Positions 9,801 through 23,421 are shown, counted from the first letter of the stretch. The stretch: 37,205 nt of DNA from Ionaspis alba (GCA_964255285.1 CAXUUL010000075.1:1-37205); one strand, 5' to 3'. Made by a program: numbers and translations. Notes: generated by a model not told the origin, from the sequence alone.

Positions 9801-12800
9801 GGTCACATTCAATCATTGGCTTCGAAGCAGGATCCAAAGGTCGATCAGGCACATACAGCAAAAGAGAGCCTATGAAGAAACTTATCCAGGCTGCTGCCAA
9901 GGATGTGATGTTCATGCCATTGAGAGCGATCTGGTGAATTTTATGCAACGATGGTGCAAGATAATGTTCCAGAATTTTAGCAAGCTGGCTTGGTTTGCCA
10001 TCTGGCAGTATCTTTGAAAGCATTGATATCGGGGGTAGAGACGAGTTGATAAATGGTTGTTTCCGCATATCTACGAGAAGGGTTTCCAGACTCTGAATCG
10101 ATTGTGGCTCAAGGTACAATTCATGTGCTTTGTACACCTCCAAGTGCAGCTGAGCGAGGTGGAGGTTGAGGTCCTCTAGAGGCTCCTGAGCTATCTCTCC
10201 ACTTGTGTCCGCCAGGCTCCAGGTCAGGAGCTGCATTTCGCGGTAGAGAGAGTCAAGTGATCCCAACGGCACCTCGGGGATCTTGAGCGTTTTCTTCAAG
10301 ACCAACGCCGGTAAAACATTTCTTATGGTCATTAGAGCAGTGTCTGCTGACGAAATACCTGTATTGTCTTCAATATTCTTTAATAGCCAACTTGCAGTAG
10401 AAATAGAGCTTTCATTGGTAGAATCTTTTGTCGCTCGGCCTGCAGCGAGCTCCAATACAGTTCGGGTTTTTTGTTGAGTTCTCCCTTTGCTTGATGAATG
10501 GTATTGGCAAAGGCCTTCGAACGCCTCCCGAAAATATGAAGTCCTCGGCCAATCGAGAGCAGAAGATTTGCTCCGAACTTCGACAAGTGCCATCTCAATG
10601 TTCTGAGAACAATCAGTGTCTCGAGTGCAGAGCAGCAAACAATTTACTAACCTCGAGCAGGTCCGGAGCAAGAGACTCTGACGATTTGATCCGCGAAAGT
10701 ATCTGCGTAATAGACCCACGCATATCAGAAAGTACCTCAAAATGAACGTTTGAGCCTCTTATTAACAAATCGAAATCTTCTGCAATTTTCTCAACTTTAA
10801 TTACGAGGTCGAGATGTTGCAGATTCTTTGCCGTGGGCGGCCTAAAATGATTCCATAGAATCTCCATACTGCTGCCAGTGGACAATTTCCAGGAGGCGTT
10901 GAAGTCGCTGAGATAGGTACTTAGGCTCTTTCCAATGGCGTGTAATGTCTGATCTGCTAGACAACGAGTAGCTAGTGATGTTGCGATACTAAGATACACT
11001 TGAAAGATACCCTCGTCAAATCTCGGTAGCCGTACGTAATCGAATATGTCTTGGATGAGGTTCCGAACGTCCCTGATCGTGGATGGAATGATCTTTTGAT
11101 GGTAAGCTGTGAGTGGAGTTGAACCTGCTCGTGTCCTTACCTTGGTGCCAATATGGTCCAGGGCGTGCTTCTCTATCCACTCGGATAATGCTCGGTTGCA
11201 TCCTATCAGAAAACCAGCAACGGGTTGTGTTGTATCTCTTGAGAGGGCTAAAACACGATTTGACGCCATGGATCGTTCTAATCGAGACATCTGAGAGCTA
11301 GGTTTGTTCTCCAAGCTACATTCAATGCTTGCAAGATCTGATGCGAGAATTTTTAGATCTGTGATGGTCTCCAGCAATGCCGAGAGCCATAGAGCTTCGT
11401 TGTACAAGCTGTGTTCACCGTGGAGGTCAAGGAGTATAGAATTGTTCAATGGATGGATTGTCTATAGTACAGAAATGGCAGTTAGCACTATACTGCCGTT
11501 GATCCGAACCACCTTGACTGACCTGCGCACTACAAAAATCTATTTGCAGGTTCAGTCTGGAGCAAACGCTTTGATACATTTGCCAGATCCTGAGGATGAT
11601 GGCAGGTCTCTGATTGAGCATCTGAATGTAAGACCTGAATACCCTAGATAGGAGCTGCATCTTTATGGGTTGCATGTCAATCAAGCCAGACTTGGCTTGA
11701 TCGTACCAAGATTCAAGGAGACGGATGTCAGAGAAAGAAAGACTATCGCAGCATAATGCAGCTAGTGCTTGAACACTAGCATCATCGAGAGAGTTCCAAT
11801 GGAAATGATGGAACAGTTGGAAGCGAAACATTGACGAGTCTCTGACAAAGCTCTCAGACTCTCGATACGTATGTTCCGAATCTTTGTCGATGAATAGCTC
11901 GACACATCTATTCCTCATTGCCCGGGAAAGTTCTCCGTGACGAGGATCCATAGTCAAAATGACTCTGAAGTTTTCATGAGGTCTGATGATCTTTGAGGAG
12001 CCGTCGGGAAAGCGATGCTCGTTGACTGTTAATACTCCATTGGGTTCCAATAAAGAATTGAGCCTGTCAAGAACGGATGAGCTACAAAGATTAGCATTCT
12101 CAAGGACGAGCCATTGGCCATGTTCAAGAGCTTTGATCAAGACACCATCAGTCCACTCGAAACGAGGACCAGTATCTAGAGCTGCACGTGAAGCAAGCTT
12201 TCTGCATTGCTCCGCTAAAGTGGACAATTCTGGAGATGGAATAAACTCCTTAAGCTTATCAAATAGAGACAGAACGGTTCGTGGATCACGTTTGTCGTGA
12301 TCTTCGAGTCCAAGAAACAACAGATTAAGGGTCTGAGGATTGGCAGGTGAAAGCATCTCTTGTATCAATTGATCCTGCAGGAATTGTCCAAGGGTAGTTC
12401 GGAAGATCAAAATGTCACGTTGAATGTTAGACTGCTCATAGCCCCCGATGAGATCTATAGTGTCCATGTCAGCATTCATCGGCAGCTCAACCATATCAGC
12501 CCCGACCATGCTCGCCAGGTGGCGAAGGAGCGATTGCTTGCCAGACCCAGAATGCCCGACAAGCAAGGTCGGCCAGTTGTGCTGTACGCAAAGCATTACA
12601 GACTCCAGTATCGGCTTGTTAATTGGCATCGTCTGGGAGCCCCGTAGAAACGATCGTCTCCTCCTATCGAGGAGGGCGAGTCCGCATTGATACGATGAGC
12701 TGCTGAAGTTGTGAAAGTAATCGTGAGGGAATTTATCAGTTGAATCCGAAATCTTCATTGCCTTGGACACGGTAAGTGCATCTTCTTGAGTTCGGAAGCG

Positions 12801-15800
12801 CTGGTAAACGAGCAAGTCCTGGTAATCTGCTGCACAACCGAGAGGCATCAGTGCTTCATGTGATTCCATCAAGTATAGCCATCTGAGAACATCACGTAAA
12901 TTGAATTCCCAAGGACCGCCCTTAGTAGCGATGTCCCTCGCAGATTGGGTCAGTAGGCTCAGGTCTGTAATAAAGCCCACGATTGCTTGGATCTTGTGCG
13001 TTTCTAGGTTGGGGTACAACTGATTACAGATGGTCAGTAAGTCAGTGGGAGTGAATAAGTCAGTATAAACGACAGTGAACCTGTTGACAAATGAAGCTGG
13101 TAAGCCCTTCCTGCCTCCGCCCTGATGATGAGGATTCTGAGCAGCAAATATTGCAAAGCTAGGGTGGCATGAGAATGACCGGTCTAGTTCTGGTACAAAG
13201 ACTTCACCGCGATGATCTAAGCAAGCGTTCAACCCTTCCAAGACTGACTGCGAAGCCAGGTTCATCTCGTCCAGCAGAACCCACTCACCACGCTGCATTG
13301 CTTGTAGAAAGGGAGCGTCGCGCCATGCAAACTGAGCAGCATTTTCGCCCTCGATAGGAACGTCAGATCCAAAAAGGTCCATAATGTCAGTCTGTTCGGA
13401 CAGGTTTATTCGAGTCAGTGGCATTCCAATTGCTTGTGCGAGAGCGGCAACGAGAGTGGTCTTGCCAACTCCAGGACTGCCTTCAAGCAACACAGGCTTT
13501 CGGAGTTGAAGTGCACGAGCAACTCTCATTGCATTCTTCATCGTTGTGGGAGCCAGTAGACTGAAGTTTGTCTGCGATGATGCTTGCCCGACTTTTTCCA
13601 GCTCAAACGGGCCAAGCTCCAAAGTATTCTGACGAGAAACAATTGTGGGAATCTCCTTGTAGATCAGCGCCATGTCTTGCTTGAACAGCGTACTCAGTTG
13701 TTCGAGACAGGCACTCCGTTCTTGGCTTACAGACTCTTGTGCAATGGATAGCTTTGCAGCTGGGTTCGCCCCGATCGCATCTATGTACACCATTGCTGCA
13801 CCGTGCAGAATGGAGAAGGAAGGATTGCGAGCGGGAAAGCTGTTGACGAACGCGACCCAGGCCAAAACATCACGCATTGACACCGAGGTCGCAGTGGCGT
13901 TGTAGGTAGCAGCAAACCAGAGCGAGAACTCAATCATTGGATTGACAAGTCGAGCGAATGGTGTGGACAGCTTTGCTCGTGCAATTACTAGAATGTCCTC
14001 TTTATCGGAAAGAGGTGGTACCCAAATCTCGGTGAAACGATTGCGGAGCGCTGGTGATAGCTCTCTTTTACCGTAGTCGCCCCCAGGATTCATCGTTGCG
14101 AGGAACTGAAATTCATCGGAGGCAGTGACCAATGCCTCGTCCGCTCCCTTCTCAGCTAAGAGTATTGTACGACTTGGCTCCAGCACGCTGTTCAAACGTT
14201 CAAGAACCGAATCGTCAGCGAGTGAAATCTCATCGAGAAGAAAGTGATGACCGTGCTTCATTGCTTTGACAAGACTGCCATCGGACCATTCGAAGAGAGC
14301 TTTGCTTTTTGCGATATTTTGATCGATGCGGTTCCGTAGATCGGGTGGCGCGTTCCGGAAGACGTCTTCTGGCGTTGAACTGTACAGCTTAAGTAGAGAT
14401 GCCACGTTTTCCGTGTATATGTTGTCGAGCAAGTGAGGTAGATGATCTTCGAACAGCTTGAGCAGATCTTCGAACAACTGAACATCGATGGCAGTTCTAT
14501 TACGGATAGGACGTTGGGCTCCGATGAGATCCCCTGTCTCAGTGTTTTGATGAGCATTCACGATGTGGAGTTGAGTGCGCATGATCTCTGCTATAACCTG
14601 GCAAATTGTGGTTTTGCCACACCCAGTATCTCCCACAAGCAGCACTGGTTCATGATTTTTCAGCGCTTGCGCCACAAGAATATAGAGCCGTCGCATGCTG
14701 TTGGTCCAGACAATTTGTTTCTGGTTTTGGAATAATTCCAGGTTCTGGGCTGCTATCATCTCTAATGAGTGGGGAGCGTAGATGCCAACATTATCAATCT
14801 TGACTTTCATGACTTCCTCGATGACCTGCTTCACAACTAGGCGTTCGTCAGGGTTGCGGACGCGCTCTGCCAGGAGCATGAAGCCGTTACGTGCAAGTTG
14901 TTCACGGTCATCAGCCTCCCGTAGTGCCCAGCGGAAAAGGTCTCGTAACGTCACAAAGCTGTTCTGCTGCTCGAAGAGACGTCCAGATTGTCGTAGTACC
15001 GCAAGCTTCCTATAGACCGCGACTATTCTTGTGCAGAAAGATGGTGCTATTTGACTTCGTTCCCTTAAAATGGTCTCTAGCTCGTCCTCCGGTATGTCAT
15101 CAAAATGTAACTCGAGGAACCGATTTCGAAAGGCACGAGAGAGAATCTTCCTTCCTCCGTACAAGCCAGGTGGATTTTGCGTTGCGAAAAGCATGAAGTT
15201 CTCATGCGGTCGAATTATTTCTTGAGTTTCAGGGATGAGAAGTTCCCTGTTATCGTCTAGTAATCGATTGAGAGCCTCCAAGATATCCGAAGGTGCCAAG
15301 TTGAGCTCGTCCAACACAATCCAGTGACCTTCTCGGAGTGCTTGCACAAGTATTCCTTCTTGATATCGGAGTTGACCATCAGCGTCTGATACGTAGGTTC
15401 CTATGTACTCTTGAAGGTCTGTATGCTCGTGGTTATTGATCCTCACAAACTTGTTTCCGGACATCTTTGCAAGATATTCAACCATACTAGTCTTGCCAGA
15501 TGATGTTGGTCCCTGGAGCAAGACTGGAAATCGACGGGTAGACGTTGCACGGACCAAGTTGAGCAGGTTTGCTTCAACAAATGGTGTAATAATGTATTGA
15601 GGCTGCTCTTCGATCTTAAACTGGCCCTGTCTGACCCAGTAGTGTCTAAATTGCACATGACTGTGATTCTCGTTGGGACGTCGAGGCATTTGGCTCAGTA
15701 TTGCTCGTCGATTCTTGTGAGATCCCAGCAGATATTTGTCTATCAATGGAAGCACCATCGACTCTGATTCCTTGTTTAAGACAGTTAGGAAGCTCATCGA

Positions 15801-18755
15801 GAAGCCTTCAAACAAAGCTCTGCGTAGTCCGTACATAGAAGCAATGTCGGTGACGTAAGTCAAGGTCCTTGACAACGTCCGCAAACTGAAATGAGGCTTT
15901 TGCTCTGCTCCGTCAACCAGTCGATTCTCTACTTCCAAGGTCTTTATATCGAGGTAAAGTCCTGCGACGTCTTGAGTCACTCGAATGTCTTTGTGCGTAT
16001 GACTGCCAAGATAAACATTGATCACTTGCTTTAAACTATCGAGATCTTGATCCGGAGAATCGATATAATGCTCTGTAAAGCGTGATCTAAGACTGATAGG
16101 TAGATCTCGCTTGCCGACATCGTTAGCAGGATTCATGGCTCCAAATAGCCTGAAGTCTGGATGAGCATAGATTCTGTCCGCATTTCCAGTTTCCGATAGC
16201 ATTAGTGAAGGAATATTATCGATACTACTGGCTATCAAGTCGGCCAGATGTTCAAGAGTATCAGGGGAAGCCAAGTTGATCTCGTCGAGAAGTACCCAGT
16301 CTCCATTTCTCACAGCCTTGACCAGATTCCCTTCGACAAAGGCAAAGTTGAAGCCTTTCGATCCACTCGTCAGATGCTGCTGGAAGGCCTCGACCCTTGA
16401 TGCGAAGCTATCCCATCTAGGTTTCAGCTTTTGAAATCTAGATAGCTCCATTTTCCTTCGCTTTTTGGGCTTCTCTTCGTGGGTGTCGTGGGTGTGATAC
16501 ACAAGGCTGGACGTAGTTTCAACCATCTTCAGAGCCTCTTGCCAGAGGGTCAGAGTGCGAGTCCATTCTCCCTTAGCAATTGCGCGTCCGAGAGACTTCA
16601 AGTAGCGCTGATTCTTTTTAGCGGAAAAGCTACTTTCGAAGAGGTCATCAAAATCTTCCTGCATAGATATTGCGATTGCTCGGATATTGATGGGCTTATA
16701 GCCACCGAGAAAATCGCCGGCTTCGCTCTGCTGCGACAAGTTTACCACCACAAGCTGATGACCTGTAGATTTTGCAAGCTCTTGGATGATAGTGGTTTTG
16801 CCGGTCCCAGTTTCGCCAACCAATAGACATGGTTCATGCATTCTTATGGCCATTGCAACGGTCTCGAGATAACGTAGAGCGTGATTTGTCCTAGCGAAAG
16901 GTCGTAGTCTACTCTTGGCTGCGGCAGCCGGGATATTCTGGGATTTAGATAAGGACACGCGACCAACGTGAATTACTGATCCATCATCTGAGAAGGCTGG
17001 TATTCGGGCTTGCATGCAGTACCGTGCTCTTTCTGGGAACATGTTTAACTCTTGTGCAATCTCGGATATGCAATGAGCTCTAAAATTGCTTGGCTGTAAC
17101 GACCCTGTAAAACAGTCTACAGCTTCCATGAAGACGCCATCGTTCACAACCTCCGAAATAGTCTGACCCTCTAAACTAGCTCCAGCATCAGCGAAAAGAT
17201 ACGCGACACGTGAACAGAACTTCATGAGATCCTGAGGGCCTTGAAGCCTTCGAACGGATTGACGCGATTTTCCCGTTGCGCGTATGTCGGTTGACATGGC
17301 ATTGAGCCTATCGTAGAGGCGGAGGATTTGTGGCTGGAACGCTCGTAGTATGGGAAATCGTGAGCAGATGATGTCTTTCAGATCCTCGTTCGAATGCATT
17401 AAAAGTTGGATTCGGTTCCAATAGTGCATTCCGAGCATACTGGATCCAGGAGTCATTTCCTCGGATCGCATAGTGATCGACGAACGAATAGTGGCGAAGA
17501 GTCGGAATCCAGGGGACGCTCTTACGCATCCACCAAGATTCGGTACACTAAGCTCTCGCCGGTCGAGGAGCGGTAGTAGTGTGCTAATGACATCTCTCGG
17601 AGCCCTGTCGAGATCTTCTATCAGCACCCACCGACCTTCCTTCACTGCAGTTGTCAAAATGCCCGGCCGCCAACTAAAGGATCCAGGTGTTGCACCAGAT
17701 GTGTACATTCCAACCAGAAGTTTGGCGTCTGTCTGCTCATTGAGGTGGAGGGTGATCATAGTGGATTCTTTTCCAAGGCCTCGAGCAAGGTCATGGATAA
17801 TCGAAGTTTTCCCAGCGCCGATCAATCCTGTCACGAGAAGTGGTCGGGAATCAGAGATCGCGTGAGCAACCCTCCGTAGATTATGGCGCGTAGTTCTGGT
17901 CATGACGAGTGAGGTCGCTTTGTCGGGACCTGGACCAATATTTGAGACCAAAACGCCAGCAAAGCACGCAGTTGATGGGTGAAGATCCACATCCGAGATC
18001 ACGCGAGGTCGAGAGGCATGCGAATGATCATTAGTATTGAGTACAATGGTCTCATTCCCCGCAAGTCCTGCAAGTCCTGCAAGTCCTGCGAGGCGTCTCT
18101 CTTCCCACAGACTAAAGAATCTATAGTCAATAACCTTGGCCTCCCATAGGCCTTGGATCTTGCCTTCACCGATATATCTCTCGACCATCTCATGGAAAAC
18201 AGCATCATTTGCATGCAAGAAAGAGCAGAGCATCCTGATCGCCAGATATCGTACACATCTTTGCGAGTGGCCAAGTAGTACTTGGACTTGAGCGGGTCTC
18301 ACAAGCTCGCCAAATGTGTGATTGTCGAACTCCAGCAAACGAACGATCGTAGTGAGAAGATGTATAAGCGTACGGTCATCTAACTCAAACAGCTCTGCTA
18401 TGTTTCGAGAAGAAAGTCTCCCAAAGACATCAGCTCGCCGATTGCAGAGAAGCTCTTCAAGGTAGGTAGCAAGATGGGGAGCACATGGCAGAATCCGCGC
18501 TATAGCTGAAGCCACACTCAACGCATTAAACGTATCATTGACGTCTGACAACCACCTATTACAGAAGTCTGGGAACAGATTCTTATGAGTCTTGTAGATT
18601 TGAGCTGTCCACCTGTCGTCCAAGACAAGCGATGCGAGCACGTTGAGATACTGCGAATTCGGACCCTGGTAAAGAATCTGGAGGATCTCCTCAGGAAGAG
18701 CTGCAGCAATTTCGCTGTCTAAGGACAGCCGCTCGCCATCCCACACGCAATCCAT
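3841..18755 (-). CDS. MDN1: Midasin (Rea1/Mdn1) AAA+ ATPase for 60S ribosome maturation, ~4918 aa; exons 18755-11523, 11461-11141, 11092-10652, 10602-3841
   Basis: Six tandem AAA modules (Walker A GAGKT, GTGKT, SSGKT, GCGKT, GVGKT, GSGKQ), a long linker, a D/E-rich tail and a C-terminal MIDAS/vWA domain (AVDDSKSM, GDFRTGKRLNIKRIIPY). Introns 11522-11462 and 10651-10603 join the three ORFs in frame. Intron 11140-11093 is 3n and stop-free, so it is tentative. Confidence 0.98.
18059..18090 (-). repeat. In-frame 9-bp tandem repeat in midasin encoding (LAG)x4
   Basis: Plus strand reads GCAAGTCCT x3 plus partial units; the protein reads RLAGLAGLAGLAGNET. Confidence 0.85.
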
Positions 18756-18796
18756 TAGGACGGTGATAGCTTATAAAATCGAAAATATCTAGGACC

Positions 18797-18807
18797 AAAT
18801 TTTTTGA
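18797..18807. promoter_or_regulatory. RRPE-like motif upstream of MDN1
   Basis: AAATTTTTTGA lies 40-50 nt upstream of the MDN1 ATG and resembles the ribosome-biogenesis RRPE element (TGAAAAWTTT). It fits the function of MDN1 but is an imperfect match. Confidence 0.35.
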
Positions 18808-19053
18808 TATTGCGCCTAGGTGATACTAGCTCGCCTGGACCCTTGCATGACATAAGGCGGACCCATGCGCCGAGTATTCTTCAGGGCCTCAAAGGTTTAT
18901 CTTCGGATACCAGCAGATTCATAATTCTTAAGGGACGGTCGTTAAGATACGAAAGGGTTCAAGCCTATGAATAACCAGCCATGCCATCACATCGACTTCT
19001 CTGAAGCCTAAACTACTCTAACTGGAACTACGGAGCAAGACAAGGGGGTCAAG

Positions 19054-20428
19054 ATGCTCGACGGACTTTTTATGCTGCTGGCTTTGAGCATGCTAATGGC
19101 CATTGCGTACGTACCTAAGACGACTTCACTCTGGCTAGGGAAATGTTATGCTGACACATCCGCAAAACAAGGTCGTTTCTGGCTGGCTCCCTGCCACTCT
19201 CGTTTTCCCTTTCGCAGTCGCAACTCCGAGTCATTTCCACTGTCGGTATGGGAGTTCTGGTCGGGACATCCCTGATCGTCATAATACCGGAAGGGGTGGA
19301 GACTTTATACAGCGCCAGCGAGTCAGCTCACTCCCATACGAAGAGGCACTTATCCTCTGGTGCTGCAGAAATTCGATGGCATAACCAAAACATCGTCCGA
19401 GCAAGTTCCGTATCCTTTTTTGACTCGATACCGTTTGCTAGGAGACACAGTACTGGCAAGACTGGGAGTATCGATGCGCTTCCAGGCCCCGTGATACCCT
19501 CCACGCCAATGGAGAGTTCGGGAGACGACGAACCCCCGAGAACTCCAACAGATCCAGGGGAAGTTCACATTCTCGAAGAATCTAAATCTCCTTCTGCAAC
19601 ACCAGAAAGACCAACGAAACCTAAACATACACCACATGCATGGATAGGCATATCGTTAATTCTAGGTTTTATCCTGATGTACCTTATCGACACAATCCCA
19701 TCTCTCACAGCAACTCAGCCGCCTCCAAGAACCCACAACATCTACTCGCTTTCCGACCTTTCAACCACCCCCTCTCCAGCACCATCAACATCTTCCCTTC
19801 CCAAAGGCACACTGTCTACAACGCTGGGCTTAGTTATACATGCTGCAGCGGACGGCATTGCGCTCGGCGCTTCTTCCACTCAACCCTCGCTTTCTTTTAT
19901 CATTTTCATCGCTATCATGGTCCATAAAGCCCCAGCAGCCTTCGGGTTGACGAGTGTATTACTGAAACAAGGACTTGGCAAGAAAACTGCGCGAGCCCAT
20001 TTGTTGATTTTCAGCCTTGCTGCACCAATAGGCGCCCTGGGCACGTGGGTTGTTGTAAGAATATTAGGTGGTGGGGAAAGTGGACCGGAAGCTGAAGAGT
20101 CCATGAGATGGTGGACAGGTATTCTGCTTTTGTTTTCCGGCGGAACGTTCTTGTGAGTAGACTACCTAATGTTATTTGACGGCATTGATCACTTGTCCTG
20201 CAGCTACTGATCTGCTCATACTTCAGATATGTTGCTATGCATACTATGCAAGATGATGACAGCGCTAATGGCATTGGACACGAAGAGAGCCATGTTAATG
20301 GCTACCTGGAGATCAGTCACGGGCGGGAACCTGGCCGACAAAAATCAGGAAAGAGTATGCGGCTTGTTATGGCCGCCGTGGCAGGCATGCTCTTGCCGCT
20401 TCTTACACAGATAGGGCACGCACATTAA
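19054..20428 (+). CDS. ZIP-family (ZIP9/Atx2-type) zinc/manganese transporter, ~411 aa; exons 19054-19106, 19172-20152, 20227-20428
   Basis: Spliced product contains SFLAGSLPL, GMGVLVGTSLIVIIPEG, HAAADGIALG, HKAPAAFGL and LFSGGTFLYVAMH, all characteristic of this subfamily. Both introns have GT..AG ends and branch sites and restore the frame. Confidence 0.92.
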
Positions 20429-21213
20429 TAGAAGTAATTGGACGATTGGATCTCTGTATTGCTAAACATTCTCCGGATTGCGGATTTGATATCTCATGTG
20501 GCTTTGACGATGTATGTACAACGCTAAACTAGGTCAACGGTCTGCTTGAATGTTTTTGGTTGTGCGTGAAAGGACCGATCACGAAATAACTCATTCCGCA
20601 AACCCCGGTATAGGTCCAACCTGCAGACCAGTGATACAGCGACGATACCTGTGCGGCCCATAGGTCCCCGTGCAGCATGTCGTCGATGCTACTTCCACGT
20701 TACCGACACCTTAGAGAAGCCAGAGAGGTGTTTTCGGGGGTGTTTGCCTTCAACTCGAAGTATTCTCCATGATAACTGGTGATGACTGGGGGCTTTCTTT
20801 CGCTGTGTCCCAGACTTGGCATATAATGAATGCGTTGATATACGGAGACCAGGGCATAACGATGCCTCAAGGCTGACACATGTGCAGCATGCACAACGTT
20901 TGCTGTGGGTACCAAGATTCAAAGAATGCTTGTTCTTGCGAGTTCCTGGAGAGCTTGCGAATGGGAGTGATGCAGTGGTCCAGGCTCATCGCTAGCTCGA
21001 AAATACTTTCCGTTGATGCAATCGTTCCTAATAGCCCATATTGATATGGATTCCGGAGGAATGGCTCCAGATAAGCTTCAAAATGTAGCGATGGCGTTCC
21101 GCGATTATTGGACCTCGGAAAGACTATGTATGCCCATCTCGGACCGCTCCCTTGAGCAGTAGCCCCTCCGCTAATTTTCATGAATGTCGTATTGGCCAAT
21201 GCTATCCGTCAAT

Positions 21214-21489
21214 TCAGACCCTTTCCTGTCCATTAGGTACGGCAGGCGGCCCTTCACGCGCACCAGCTGCTTCCGGGTTACTCTCCGCGTCTCGATGTGG
21301 ATTGCTTGCTCCTCGTGACGCAGTGGTCGTTGATGGTTTGCGCTTCAATAGGTAGCGGTCAATCATATCCCACCACTGGAGTATCCCCCAGAACAATGTA
21401 GCATAGCGGAGAATATTGGCTTCCTGCGGCGACAAGTACAAATCGCCCATTCCAGTTCCAAACCTAGATCGTACGGAATTATATGACAT
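21214..21489 (-). CDS. Possible small orphan protein (91 aa), perhaps spliced to ORF 21199-20867
   Basis: ATG in a good fungal context (CACACCATGTC), divergent from bL12m. It sits in an otherwise unexplained 1.2-kb gap. No homology recognised. Confidence 0.3.
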   Translation of the reverse strand: MSYNSVRSRFGTGMGDLYLSPQEANILRYATLFWGILQWWDMIDRYLLKRKPSTTTASRGASNPHRDAESNPEAAGAREGPPAVPNGQERV

Positions 21490-21646
21490 GGTGTGTCGAG
21501 TTGGAGCTGGAAGATTGTAGTTCACTACAACAAGCTTCGTCCTGATGCAAGCTCGGTAAAATCCGCGCTAGCAGGATCCATGTCATAGAATTTCTTAGAG
21601 CCTCAAACTCAAGTACCAGTGGCTTCATCACTTTCCCGACGCAATT

Positions 21647-22291
21647 ATGTCTCTAGCAAACCCTCTCATTGGTCGATGCTGCGCTCGCTCTCTTCGAACT
21701 ACTCCCAGACCTTCCGCTTCTACCTGCGGCTTCCTAATTCAGCACAAAAGACGAGCACCTTTACGGCGATGGGAAAGCACGATAGCAGGTTCGGGCAACG
21801 CCAAAATATCTGGAATTGTTGACCAGATCAGCCAATTGACGCTACTGGAAACCGCGGACTTGGTGTCGACCCTTAAGGTATTTTGTTTTGGAAAACGCTG
21901 AAGCATCGACTTGCGTAAAACAGGTATAAGAAAGATCGAGGCTAACCTTCACCTACTCCAGTCAAAGCTCAATATTCCAGACATGCCCATGGGAGGAGGA
22001 GGCTTTACCGCCACTGCGGCGCCCGCAGCCCCAGCTCCAGTGGAGGAAGAGGAGGCGGCCCCCGCAGCGCAAGAAAAGACACTATTTACATTATCCCTCA
22101 AATCCTTTGACGCGGCAGCGAAACCAAAGGTCATCAAGGAAATCAAGAGCATGCTAGGCCTAAGCTTGGTGGACAGCAAGAAGTTCGTTGAGAGTGCGCC
22201 AAAGCAAATGAAGGAGGGAGTGACAAAGGACGAGTGTGAGAAAATTATGGAAACGATGAAGGGACTCGGGGCGGTGGTGACTATGGAGTAG
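21647..22291 (+). CDS. MRPL12: Mitochondrial ribosomal protein bL12m (L7/L12), ~186 aa; exons 21647-21877, 21962-22291
   Basis: Arg/Ser-rich presequence, IVDQISQLTLLETADLVSTLK dimerisation helix, Ala/Pro hinge, and C-domain KPKVIKEIKSMLGLSLVDSKKFVESAPK. The 84-nt intron has a GCTAAC branch site. Confidence 0.95.
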
Positions 22292-22593
22292 AAGACTTCG
22301 AATCGCATTTGCAACTGGTGTTGGGATATGGAGCTTGTACTAAACATCAAAGTGGTGGAGAGTGTATGTGCATAGAGAGCATGACCATGTGGGTCCGGTC
22401 TGAATCTCCAGAAGATATACACAACGCGAGAGCCCTTTTTCCATCCGAGCAGATATGGGCATACTGCACGCAATTTCTGTCTCATGCCGTTGAATCAAAG
22501 CACTCGTGTGTCCTATGAGTTTGCAATTTACCGACCAGTATGTTCCACACCTAACTCCAATCCTTGGGTATCTCAAAGCTCAAAGTCAAACGC

Positions 22594-23421
22594 TCAATCC
22601 TCCACCTCAACGGCCTGCCGCCTTTCCAGGGCATCTTCTTCCGCAGCCAGATAATCGTCTTCCCCTATATCGCTAGCTTCATCCCATAGCTTCTCGAATT
22701 CCTCATCGCCTTCTCCAGCTACGCCCCAGATGCTCTCTTTAAGCCTCTTATGCCGCTCCCGGTCTTCTTCTATCCGCTGCTCTATCTGGCGCTTGTCGAG
22801 CCTGCCAACGCCATTTATCTTTGGCGTTGCCTGCACCAACTGTGGGTCTCGTTGGCCGTTGGCGTCGATAGGAGATAGAGCGGGGTGAGCAGGCAGGATA
22901 TCCCGCTCTTTCAATGAGGTTTCCAGCTCAAGGACTGTCTCAGGTATGAGGATAGACTTCTGTTGCAAGCCTTGTAATACCTAGATTTAGAGGTCAGTCC
23001 TACTCAATCCAATCCATTCTGGATGGGAAAGCTTACGCGGCGCACAACTTTCACGTTAGCTGCTCCGGAGCCGTCACCAGGGGCCACATTATCCACTACT
23101 GTAAAAATGTCTTTTTGTATCATACGGACGAAATTCGGGTGGTTTTCGCGTTGAGCCATATCGCACAAGTGTTCAATGAAGTACATTATATTTGCCCGCG
23201 TATTCATTGAGTTCTACAATTCCGTCAGAGATCAAGCTTAGAATCGAGAGAAAGGGCGTCCCTACTCTCTCTAGTTGCTCGAGAATGCACGAATGCAGAT
23301 CCTCATCCATATCTCTATACTTGAGCGCATAGTGAGCTGCTTTCTGCGCTGACGTGACCGAAGCGTTAAGGTGTTGCAGCTGAGAGGTGAAGCGCATACG
23401 GACTTCGAAAGGATCGGCCAT
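22594..23421 (-). CDS. CTK3: CTD kinase I gamma subunit, ~239 aa; exons 23421-23266, 23213-23037, 22980-22594
   Basis: MADPFEVRMRF..LNAS, NTRANIMYFIEHL and QRIEEDRERHKRLKESIW are typical of Ctk3. Two phase-0 introns of 52 and 56 nt. Confidence 0.93.

Noticed and set aside
10603..11522. Midasin appearing as three ORFs (possible frameshifts or pseudogene)
   Set aside because: Canonical short introns join them into one intact ~4.9k-aa frame.
12531..12557. Degenerate Walker A (GKQ) and Walker B (LENAN) in midasin AAA6
   Set aside because: AAA6 of Rea1/Mdn1 is known to be catalytically degenerate, so relaxed motifs are expected.
21949..22485. 178-aa antisense ORF over bL12m
   Set aside because: Codon-mirror of a conserved gene with no independent features.
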